Below are positions 13,635-24,016 of a DNA stretch of 64,000 bases, piece after piece. Numbering within the stretch: position 1 is the first letter of the stretch; each line of letters begins with the position of its first letter. The stretch lies in assembly GCF_038025025.1 (NCBI RefSeq), contig NW_027117338.1, forward strand, positions 3,100,001 to 3,164,000. Direction: 5' to 3'. Made by a program: the position numbers and the translations under genes. The notes beneath the pieces were generated by a model. That model had not been told where the DNA came from, did no database searches, and saw only the letters and a list, made by a program, of their open reading frames with translations. This DNA is from Phyllosticta citribraziliensis. Taxonomy: Eukaryota.

Positions 13635-14458
13635 TCTAAGCCAGTCCTGGGATTTGCGCTGCCAGTCGAGGATCACGAAGTTCGAGAGCGACACTGGACA
13701 GATGAGTGCTCCTTATCTCCCCTTCACCCCCCCAATGTCAGCAGCGCACCAAAGACTTTGCGGATCGATCTCGCGTTTAATTCCATCTTTGCGATACGAG
13801 ACAGGACTCCACTGCACCTGAAAATAAGACGGCCAGACACAGTAAAAATAACAGCCTGCCAAGAAAGTGTAGTCATTCGCGAAAAGTGCTTGGATCAAAG
13901 GACCAGGATCGGAAGCCAGCTGAATTTGGAGGGCAAAGGAGCCGATGGTCGAAATGATGAGCTCTTAAAGGACCAACGCACTGTCTGGATCTCCGAGTGA
14001 GAGTTCACGCGTCGATAAAGGCGCATCGTCAAGAGCGCATGAGCCTTGAAAGGCGACGTTGAGCCGAAAGGGGAAACAGGTTCGTGGTGCGCGGTGTGCC
14101 TGAAGCCCTTGGGCTCCTCCTGACCACGCTCAGTGCTATCTTCCTGCTGTTTTGGATGATGGTCCGCTCCATCATTCTTTCCACGGAATTTCGTCGTGGA
14201 TCCAACCTCCACTCATCAGTCACTTTCGGTTGTCAACTGCATTCCTGTACCTATGAAACTCTTCTTGCATGTTCGGAACTCGTCAACGCTCCCTCGACAT
14301 TCGGTTCTAATTCATTCAACGACGTATTCATTACCAGAGCAATTCACGGCAACGGCGGAGAGTTGCGGCACTTGTTGCACTGGTCTGCAAGTATGATTTC
14401 CCATCGTCCCATCGAACGATGAGTTTAATAACAGTCAAAACCACAGATCTTTTTTCTC

Positions 14459-15541
14459 ATGTCAACCACGATCAGTGCTGCGACTAAGCAAGTACTGTCT
14501 GAACTTTGTGAGGAAGGGCCGCCCGTTGTGATCCAGTATCGGGAAGCGGGAGCTGCCAATTCTTCGTGGTCCTACTTCGGTCATGAAAGCCCTCTTGATA
14601 TGCGCTTTCTGTGCTATCAGTTCCCGTTAAGGCACCAGCAGATGTTCCTACTTCGATTGAAAGTACCGGTCTCTATAGATGATTCCTTTGACAAGAGCTC
14701 GGATATCCCCGTTGACGTGGATATTTGGGATCGTTGCATCGAAACCTTTGATATCAGCCTATACCTGTACGAGTCGAGGAAGTGGGGGCCCTTGGTCGAT
14801 GTTGTCGATGCTGGAGATCGCATGATGCAAGAAGAGGGAATATGCGAGACTTTCACGGCTTCGGGGACGACCTATTCCGTGAAAATTCGGCCCAGGACCT
14901 TCGCTGAGATACCGAAGCCTGTCTACGAGGCCTTTTATTTCGATGGTCGGCAATACGAGGGCGACATCGTTCAGATGGACCTGCGATTACACCAACCCCC
15001 GGCCATCGCTCTGCACCATACTGATTCAATTGTCCCGTGCGGTCCAAATGATCGTGTGGTGCTGGAAAACCTCTTTTCGCTGAGCAAGTCGCTCACGGTG
15101 AGAATATTTCTTCGACGAAGCAACGTACGAATGCTCCGGGTGCTGTGGGAGATGTCTTTGAAAGTGCAATGGAGATCGGAATTTGCAACGCTTAGTTTTC
15201 AAGCTCCCTTTGATGCTGAACGCCTTTGGACAGTGAAGACGAGGAAACGTGGCTATGAGTGGTACAAATTCCACCACGCGAAAGGCAAGAAGTACGAAAT
15301 CAGGACGCGGGTCGACAAACCGGGATATCCAGGTACTGAAGAAGAGAACGAAGGGGACGAGGCCAAAGATGTCAGAGGCCAGGACAGTCGTGGTTGTGAA
15401 AAGGAGCAAAGCGGAAATCCGCCACAGAGTCCCGAGACCAAGAAGTCCAACAGCACATTCACCGTAGACACCGAGTCAGGCGTCTTAAGTCTGATGTTCG
15501 GTACCGAAGACTCCAGAACGACAGTCGAAGTTTGTCCCTAG
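14459..15541 (+). CDS. Uncharacterised protein, family copy B (360 aa)
   Basis: 360-codon ATG ORF. Motifs PVVIQYR, YFGH, LRLKVPV, VDVDI, VKIRPR..AEIPKPVYEAF, GDIVQMDLRLHQPP and LFSLSKSLTVRIFL are colinear with copies A and D; acidic disordered tail. Confidence 0.8.
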   Translation: MSTTISAATKQVLSELCEEGPPVVIQYREAGAANSSWSYFGHESPLDMRFLCYQFPLRHQQMFLLRLKVPVSIDDSFDKSSDIPVDVDIWDRCIETFDISLYLYESRKWGPLVDVVDAGDRMMQEEGICETFTASGTTYSVKIRPRTFAEIPKPVYEAFYFDGRQYEGDIVQMDLRLHQPPAIALHHTDSIVPCGPNDRVVLENLFSLSKSLTVRIFLRRSNVRMLRVLWEMSLKVQWRSEFATLSFQAPFDAERLWTVKTRKRGYEWYKFHHAKGKKYEIRTRVDKPGYPGTEEENEGDEAKDVRGQDSRGCEKEQSGNPPQSPETKKSNSTFTVDTESGVLSLMFGTEDSRTTVEVCP

Positions 15542-16164
15542 CCGCCCACGATGCCAGATACAAACGAAATGGCAACTCCCCGCGCTCCAGACCAATCTAG
15601 CGGAAGTTTGCAACGCGGCAGAGCCTCCAGGCTCCCAGGAGGGGCTCGCAGAAGATTCGACCACGTTGCTTTGTGGACTGCACGACGTAAACCGCTCTCA
15701 GGGGCTTGAGGGAAAGAAGGACATTCTGGTTTCTCGTAGCCACAATGGACTATTTCTGCACGCTTCCCCACTAGACTTTAAGCCGAGCTCATTCCTGTGA
15801 ATGACATGGAAGCAAACAGATGGAGCCGCAGCGCTTCGTATGATCAACTCGTCGGCTTCACTCACTTTGTCTGGAAACAGCTAAAGCTGGAGAGCCTGGT
15901 GGGAATAAATCCCAGATCCTTTCCCCGCTGCCAAACGAACAAAACCATCTTGTACCTCAGCAAGGTAAGTCGGCCCAAACAATTGAAGCATTTTGTCATT
16001 CGATCACAATGGGTTTAGATCAGTGCGGTACCAGAGGCGGCAAGCCACCGTGACATTCTCTCGTTCTCTACGCTTTCTCCTTTGCCAGCTTCTCTCTTCC
16101 CGAGACTCCCTCCACTGACGGCCCAGCTCGCAGAGGACTTTGGGGAGTCCCAAAACATCAACAC

Positions 16165-17905
16165 ATGGCAACTGGGGAGCCCACACGTGCTGGTTCCTCG
16201 ACCGCGAAAGCCAAGTGGAATGGAATCGACAATCAAAGATGCAACCTGTTTGGATGGCATATCTCAGACACCAACGACGGTGCCAGTCCCTCGAGCCACA
16301 GCTGCAACCTGCCGCTGCACCAGTACCTAGAAGCCTACATCTCCGTGGGCTTTGCACTCGATAGTCCATTTGAAGCTCACGTCAAAGTACGCATCCCCGG
16401 GTATCTACTTGGACCCGCATTTGAGGAGCAGACGTGGGACGCCTTTGTCTTCCTCACTCACCAAGACATCGACCACGTCCGCTTGAGCCGCTACCACGGA
16501 CTAGGCGGCGACCAGTTCGGCAAGTCGAAGTCGAAGCGTTGCTGCTGTCCAGAGTACACAGAGGCGAGCGACAGCCTTCAAGAACAGGTTCAGCAACGCC
16601 TCATGCAGTCAAGCTGCTCGCGAATATCTGATTGACTCAGACTAGACTTCTGCCTCTCGAAACCACCTTCCATCATTGTGCCTGATGGCGGTGGCGGCGG
16701 CAGTGGTGGCATGCTTGATGCGCACGGCGCTGAATCCGAGGATGGGCTTCGCGAAGCGATGGGTTGCTTGCTGCATTGCACCAGTCTGAGCGTGTACTTT
16801 ACAGAGCTGGGGGTTGACCTTTCAAAATTGGTCAAGTTTGTCGGCAAGATGGGCGAGCGGGAAACCGAGAAGAAGGCTCAGCAGGATGGCTCGGACCAGG
16901 ATGCTGCTACTGCTACTGCTGCTAGCGTTGAGGCTGGGACTGATGAAAGGACTTCTTACCTGGAGAAGTTCGAGTTCTACGGTGAGAAGAGCGGACTCAA
17001 GCCGAGGATGATCAATGCGGCCCAGAAAGAGATTGGTTCGGTTCTAGGTGGTGATGGACAGGAAAAGACGACCGCTGCGCAGATTACTACGGCAGGACTT
17101 GGACCCCTAGAGAGCCATGGTCAGTGATGCTCTCACTCATTCGGACTGGATTTTGGGTCGACGTGCTGACTGCAACACAGCTGCTACCGTTCAGCCTGCT
17201 GAAAGCGAAAGACCGGCAAAAAGACAGCGGCAAATCGAAGGCACAGAAGAGCGTCTTGTCTCCAGTGATGTGAATCCCGGAAGCAGTGTGCAAGCAGACA
17301 AGGCACCCACGAGAGAGGCACTGGGGATAGATTTTGAGGACGTCGAGCAAGTACAGCAGGCGTCCGTCAAAGCGACCACAAAGCCAGGGGATAGTCCAGT
17401 CGAACAAGAGAGGCCGAAGGAAAAGCAAACGATTCACATGTCCCTGGCCAAATCACCTGCTGCTGTCAGCAGCCACAAGAGCGTTTCTGTGGTATTACTA
17501 GAGGAGACGCAGACAACGACAACAGCACCACCCAAGTCGCCAGGTGCCAAATCCTCCAACACTCGCCTTCAACAGCTGCAGGAGGCAATCAATGGTATCG
17601 CCGAAGCGCGCGTGCAGCGGCTGGAACAGGCCGTCAGTGACCTCATTCAGGAAAACACGTCCCTCAAAACGCGCGTCAAAGACCTAGAAGACGCACGCGT
17701 CGAAGAGACTCGAGAAATCGCCGAACTCATTCCTGACCAGCCTGAGCCAGAAGCAGATCTAGAACGACAGCCAGATCCAGAGCCACGGCATCATCAACAA
17801 ACACAACAAGCGCCCACAGCCGAAGAACGCCTGTCGGCGCTGCAAGACGTGTTCCACGCCTCAGCGTCGTCGCTGCACGAGGACTTGAAGCAGCTGGATG
17901 GCTAG
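16165..17905 (+). pseudogene. Family copy C with C-terminal coiled coil, interrupted by an in-frame TGA (pseudogene or recoded gene)
   Basis: ORFs 16165-16635 and 16678-17127 are in the same frame, separated only by TGA 16633-16635. Family motifs LFGWH, HVKVRIP, DAFVFL and LRLDFCLSKPPSIIVP. Intron 17120-17180 (GTCAGT..CTGAC..CAG) joins the 17117-17905 frame encoding a low-complexity linker and heptad-like segments. Protein-like but stop-interrupted sequence continues to ~18440. Confidence 0.6.
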
Positions 17906-18929
17906 AAGAGGCTGGAGAGGGAGTATGAGAGGGTGAACGGTGGGAATGCGGCGTTGGTGGCGCGCGCCGGGGCGGCGACGGTGGAGGCAGAATGGCAGAA
18001 TGGCAGGCTGCGTCGAAGAGAAACCTGTTTGCGGGAGCAGGGAAGGAGATTTGACAGACGGCGACGGATGGGGCCTTGATTTCATGTTGAGACAAGGTAG
18101 CGATGGGAACAGGAACAGGAACAGGAGTAATGAGGTAAAGCCATTGTTGCGCAAACAAACAAAAGAAGGCAGGATGGAAGAGGGAAGGAAAGAGGAAAAG
18201 TTGGATTGACAGGGCTTGAGTGACAGGGTTGACAGGCAGAGAAGAGTAAAAAAGCAAGATTGTTGCGTTGCGGGTGCGTACATGAGTAGCTAGGGCTGGA
18301 GGAGAATACTTGGTGGTGGAGATAAGGACGATGCAGACGGAGACGGGAAAAAGGAGAATGGAGAGCGAGGGCGAGGGTGAGAGAAGAGGTGGAGATGAAG
18401 CGAGAGAGGCGTTGAGGGAAAAGCAAGAGCAAAAGTGAGACGGCGGAAGGCTGGACGGGGATAACAGACGGACGACGTTGTTGACCGGTCCTGGTGATAG
18501 AGGGACAGACATGGTCGCCTAGGTAGGTATGTAGGTGTGTGTGCGACGGCAATATCTTGCTTTGTTGAGAGTGACGATGGAGGGATGGAGGAGAGCCGGT
18601 CAACATGGTACTGTAAGGGTAGTTGGAATTATGAATGGAAATAGCTGCTTGCTTCACCGACGTGGCCATGGTGTGAATGACGACAGACAGTAGACAGGCA
18701 GGAAGAAAAGAAAGAGAGGAGGAGGTGAGCGCGTCGCACACGTCTGCCCTGCTCTTCTGCTCCCTGTCCGCTTACATGATATCATGGGGGAGGGGGAACA
18801 CCAGCACTACAGTACCTAGCACCACAATCGCCGGTCAGTCCGCGTTCCCGCAGACCCAACACCGTAGCATTGGGAACGTGGGTGGGTGCGTGCCGGTGTG
18901 CCACATGCCACAACGGGCCCGCGCAGCAG

Positions 18930-18972
18930 CACCACCACCACCGCCATCATCATCATCATCATCATCACCACC
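18930..18972. repeat. Compound (CAC)n/(CAT)n microsatellite
   Basis: caccaccaccaccgccatcatcatcatcatcatcatcaccacc read directly. Confidence 0.85.
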
Positions 18973-19140
18973 GTCGTGATCCTTCCTTTCCTTTCAGCCC
19001 AGTGCAGCCCGGCCCAGCAAACTATGTAATCAGTGACCTACCTACCTTGGAACCAGCCGCACGCGCGTGCGCGCAAGCGCCTACGCACGTGCCGTGCTCA
19101 ACCCGACGCAGAGGGAGGGAGCGCAGGCAAGCAAGCCACG

Positions 19141-19163
19141 CAGGGCAGGGCAGGGCAGGGCAG
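19141..19163. repeat. (CAGGG)4 pentanucleotide repeat
   Basis: cagggcagggcagggcagggcag read directly. Confidence 0.85.
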
Positions 19164-20931
19164 AGCGTTCAAAGTGGCGGCGCCGTCCAGTGTCGGTTCC
19201 GATGGTCTCAACGACAGGCGTTGATGTTTGCTGGAGGGGGCGTGCGTGCGCTGTACCTCGGCGCGGGCGGGCGGGCGCGCGCAAGAGAGAGAAAAAGAGA
19301 GCGGCGGCGGGCAGCGTTGTTGAGGTTGCACTGCGACAACCGCGGTGCCTGCCAAGTTTCCCTGATGGGTTGCGAAAAGGGCGACGACGCGACGGTTGCA
19401 GACCCTCGGTCGGCAACGCCGTGGCACATTGCATCGAGAGTGTGCTGCTGCGAGTAGGGATGGCGGGGGGAGCAGGCAGGCAGTCAGGCTCGGGTTCATA
19501 CAGCGTTTCTGGCGAGCAACACGAGCAGTCGGGTCGATCATGATGGGAGGTTGTGCCGCAAGCGGCGACGCGACGGGTAGGCGGGCAGGGGGAGGGAGGG
19601 AGAGGGAGGAGAGATGGAAGGAAGGAAGGCGGTCAGCGGACGACGCGGATTGCGCCAGGCGCCGCAGAGTCGGGATTAGACAGAGGGCTGAATGAACATT
19701 GCGAGTGTCGCACGGGAGGGGAGCACAAGATGATTATTCTGGAATGACGCTGTGCAATGAGATGGCGGTTCCTGGCCCTGGCCCTGGCGGAGGCGCAATG
19801 GGGCGGACGGGCCCATGTTCGGAGAGGCAAGATGCGGTAAGGCGAGGTAAGGTAGTAGGTAGGCGTGGAATGGGCGTCGGGTGCGCTTTGGGGAGGCGAC
19901 GTTTGGGAGGGAAACTTTTTTGCTTGCTCTGATGGTGGAGATCAGGGGCCGACATGCGATTGTCGAGGGAAGGCAGAGAGTGAGTTGAAACGTGACAGCT
20001 AGCTACATGTACAGACAGGGCGGCGGGGACCGAAATAGACGGGCAGACAGCAAAGAAGGGTCCAGCGAGGAAGCACAAGAGCAGTCTCGTCGTGTGGCGG
20101 AGCTGCTCGTACTCGCGGGTAATGCGGTTCAGGGTCCGGCAGGGCAGGCGGGGTCTTGGTCTTGGGTCGCTGGATGTAGCCAAGTTAGCGCGTGCAGCAG
20201 ACAGGATTGGACTGGATTGGATTGCGGAGAGTGGGGAGAGCAGAGCAGAGCATGAGCATGAGGGTGAGCGATAGGCGCGGGAGGGAGAGGGACAGTAGAC
20301 GTCCCAATGAGGAGGGCGATGCAGCAAAAGTCAAAGTCTAATCAAGCGTCGGGCACGGCAGTTGACTTAGGTTGTGGCAGGGGGGACCGCAGGGGGCGGG
20401 CTGCTGGAGCTGGTTTCGTCATTCGAGCGTCGCGGGCAGCGTCGTCTCAGCTGAGGTCACCCCGGCCCATGGCCCGTCGCCCGTTCGTTCTTCTTTGTTG
20501 TGCTGCCGTCCACCTCAGTGCGCTCCCCGTCGCTCTTTGTCGCCCGCCCGCCCGCCCGTATCCATCTGAGGCCGGGTCCACTTCACTACAAGACTACCAA
20601 CTAGCCCATCCATCCCATCCCATCTCATCCCGGCCCATCCCTACCTACCTGATATATACAACCCAGAGCCCACAACAACCTTCTCCTCGTCCTCCTCTCC
20701 CTACATCCGCCCTCACCCGCATCACCACCTCCTCTCCGCTGCCACCACAACACCAAACTCTGAGCTCAACCTGCCGCCGACGCCCCGCCGCGTCCCTCCG
20801 TCCATCCCAATCTCGCAGCCTCCCGTCGCCCTGCCACGCCAAATCTCCCCGAAACCCTCCGCTCGCTCACCTCGACGCTCCTGCCTTTTGGTCCACCCGG
20901 TTGCTGTGATACCGCCACGACACGCCATAAC

Positions 20932-21966
20932 ATGTCCGCCATGGTGGATTCGTACGCGCAGTACGGGCGCCTCCCGCACCGGAAACCTCTGCCCCAGTCC
21001 GGCCTGCAGCCCTTGACACAAATCGTCGACGACCCGCGTCAACCACACCACCGCACCCGCACCGCTTCTGCCACCTCTCCTCAGCAGCCTTTTGCCTACC
21101 AATCGCCGCAATACCAGCCCCAAATGCCCCAGTACAACACCGCCTCCACCACCACCACCCGCCGCACCCTCTCCAATGCCACCACCTCGACCTCCTCAAC
21201 AAACACCAGCACCGGCAACAGCGCCACCAGGCGGAATTCCGATCTGCGCCGCTCCTCGTCGGGTCGCTCCACCGGCAGCCAGACCTCGTCCAGTTATGTC
21301 GCCCTGATGCGCAGGCAAAAGGCTACCGTGTGGTGCGACAGGGCACAGTACGAGGATCCCCGCCTGATCGCCCAGCAGCGCGCCGCCAAGATGCGAGCGG
21401 CCATGGAGGTCGTCGGCGGCAACCAGCCTCCCACTCGCACCTCGACCTCGTCCTCGGGCGTCGCCTCGGGCGTCCGCGCCAAAATACGGCATCACGGCGC
21501 CCCCAAGGCCTCTCTGTACAACCCCACCAGCCTGGCGAGCGGCGGCGTCCCCATGCGCCTCAGCGCGAGCGAGGTCGACGAGGGCGACAGCGACAACGAC
21601 AGCAACAACAACAATAACAACAACAATTACCACTTCCGCAGCGGCAGCGGGCGGAGTTCGCTGGGCTCGGGACGTCGCGTGCAGTCTTACATTGGGCCGT
21701 CGGTCGCGCGCATCAGCACGAGCAGCACACCGCCGAGCGCTCAGGGGAGCAGTCCGACCGAGACGGTGGCAGAGGAGCCCGCTCTCCCCGGCGACTACCA
21801 GGTCTACGCCCGCTCTGGCGACAGCAGCGGCTCCGAGTTTGCCGAGCCGCAGGCGGCTGGCTTCTCGGACGACCTGAGGCGGCGAGGAAGCGTCGACGAC
21901 CGCACCATGACCATGAGCGGCGCCGTGCGGCTATTCGTCGCCAATCCAGACAACGACAGCGACTGA
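20932..21966 (+). CDS. Conserved fungal hypothetical protein (344 aa, largely disordered, S/T/N-rich)
   Basis: Single-exon ORF with strong C/G third-position bias and a pyrimidine-rich leader. Contains blocks SYVALMRRQKATVWCDRAQYEDPRLIAQQRAAKMRA and RRRGSVDDRTMTMSGAVRLFVANPD, which I recall from Pezizomycotina hypothetical proteins. Confidence 0.88.
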   Translation: MSAMVDSYAQYGRLPHRKPLPQSGLQPLTQIVDDPRQPHHRTRTASATSPQQPFAYQSPQYQPQMPQYNTASTTTTRRTLSNATTSTSSTNTSTGNSATRRNSDLRRSSSGRSTGSQTSSSYVALMRRQKATVWCDRAQYEDPRLIAQQRAAKMRAAMEVVGGNQPPTRTSTSSSGVASGVRAKIRHHGAPKASLYNPTSLASGGVPMRLSASEVDEGDSDNDSNNNNNNNNYHFRSGSGRSSLGSGRRVQSYIGPSVARISTSSTPPSAQGSSPTETVAEEPALPGDYQVYARSGDSSGSEFAEPQAAGFSDDLRRRGSVDDRTMTMSGAVRLFVANPDNDSD

Positions 21967-23208
21967 CAACGTGCTGCCGCTGTTGCTGCTTGACCACTGA
22001 GAGAATCGACATGCCCACGAGAAGGCGGGCGAGGCGGGGGAGGATTTTTACCGGGGACTCCAAAAAGCAAAGATACCCCTTTGACAGTAACTTTGAGCGA
22101 TATGCTGCATCGAATTTTGACTCTACTACTTTCCCTTTTCCTTTTGTTTTCGCTGTTCCACACGTCACCCACCGGCATCTTTCCTTTCCTTTCCCTTTCT
22201 TGCATAGGCGCTCTATTGCTCTCTCTTCTTTCCCTCAGTCTCCCTTTGGCGTCATGTGTGTAGCTCTTGGGTAAACTACTGATCTCATTCACTGTGTTTT
22301 CTTCTTCCTTCTACGCCTACACACGGAAATGGGATACGCGGCTCGTTACCAGTCTACCAACCAATCTTTTCATACACACCTGCCAATACTCCCTTCCCTT
22401 TCCTGTTTTTCTTCTGTCTGTCTCTCTCCTACCTCACCTCCTTGCCAGCGACAGCGAAACTTCGATCTTTTTTTCCTTTTTACCAGGACTTTCCTTGCCA
22501 CATTTCACGCTATATTTGGGCGGTGCGCTGCCGGCGTAGACGACGGGGATGAATGGACGGACGGAGAATCGACTTGGGGCGCCTGGGGATGCGCGGGAGG
22601 GGATCGATGGATGAATGGGCGGGCGGATTGATCCTGGCGGTGCGCGTGTTTCAGCTACCGCAACTGCTGCTGCTGCTGCTGCTGTTCGTCGTCTCTTGAC
22701 TGGTGCGAGAGACGAGTTGTTTAGAGAAAGTGAAATGGAAAGGGAAAGGGAAGGGCAATTGATACCCATGCCATGCCATGCCATGCCATTCCATGCACCA
22801 TGACGATTTTCTCCTACTACATGCTCGTGCGTTTGATTCCCTTGCCTGCCTGCCTTGTAGATTGTCCGTCAACAGATGTCTGAGGTGCGGTGGCTGGGCG
22901 CAATGCAGCTCCCTATGGTTGGTACCTCCCGTCCCTAGCTCGTCAGGCGGCCGGCCGGCCGCGGACTGGCAGGCTACGCACCTATGTACCTATGTACCCT
23001 ACCGTAGTAGGCACGTTGCGGCGACGTCACCCCGCTAGCTGGTACATACCTACATATGTACCTTGTCTTGTCTTGTCAAACGGATGGACCGAAACGTAGA
23101 CGGACAGACAGGGTCTTTGGTTCATTTATCGCACACACACATACACACCCACGCGCGCGCGCGCGCATCTTCTCTCCGCCATGCATGCCTAGCAGTAGCT
23201 GCGTAGTA

Positions 23209-23243
23209 TCGTCGTCGTCGTCGTCGTCGTCGTCGTCATCGTC
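23209..23243. repeat. (TCG)n microsatellite
   Basis: About 9 perfect TCG units plus a degenerate tail. Confidence 0.85.
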
Positions 23244-23741
23244 AGGAAGTAGCTACCGTACATGTACCTTAGGCATCTTGGCGCCCACGGCTCAGGTCAG
23301 GTCAGCTCAGCTCAGGTCAGCTCCCCGTGCTCCCAGGTCGCTAAGGAAGGACCTAGACGACGGGAGTTGAGGGACGGTCGACGCATGACGTAGGTAGGTA
23401 TGTACTGTGTGTGCCCTCGCACCCTTCCTCGCGTACCTAAGGTACTGTACCCCAGCCGCAGCGCTCAGGGTGTCAATTGAATGTCAATGTCAATCTCTGT
23501 AGGGCCGCCGGTGTCACGTCGCTTCGCTTCTTCGCGCAGCTCTTCTTCTCAAGCTAGGTACGGTACCGGCCAGCACGCACGCACGTCCAAACCAGTCAGT
23601 CCAGCGCAGCGCAGCCACGCCGTCATCTACCTATGTACCTATGTACCTCTCTGTACAGCTGAGGGAGGTACGCTTGACGTCAGTCAGAACCGCCTGCCTG
23701 CCTACCTACCTACCCACGGGCAACAGCATCTACCTATCAAT

Positions 23742-23776
23742 CTACCTACCTACCTACCTACCTACCTACCTACCTA
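23742..23776. repeat. (CTAC)n tetranucleotide microsatellite
   Basis: ctacctacctacctacctacctacctacctaccta read directly. Confidence 0.9.
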
Positions 23777-23980
23777 TACAGCCATTAATGTTACGAAGCT
23801 GCGATGCTGTTGATCGCGTATGTATGTAGACAGACGCTCGCGCGCGTGTGTGTCTGTTTCTGTGCCAACGACCTGACCGTCGACGTGCGTCGTCCCGCCC
23901 CGCCCCGTCCCGTCCCGTTCCGCGCCGTTTGTCTGCTGCTGCTGAGGTGTGAGTATGGATGGTGTGGAGGGGAGACGCGT

Positions 23981-24016
<36 letters not shown>
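23981..24016. repeat. (TGGC)9 microsatellite
   Basis: Nine tandem TGGC units. Confidence 0.9.
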
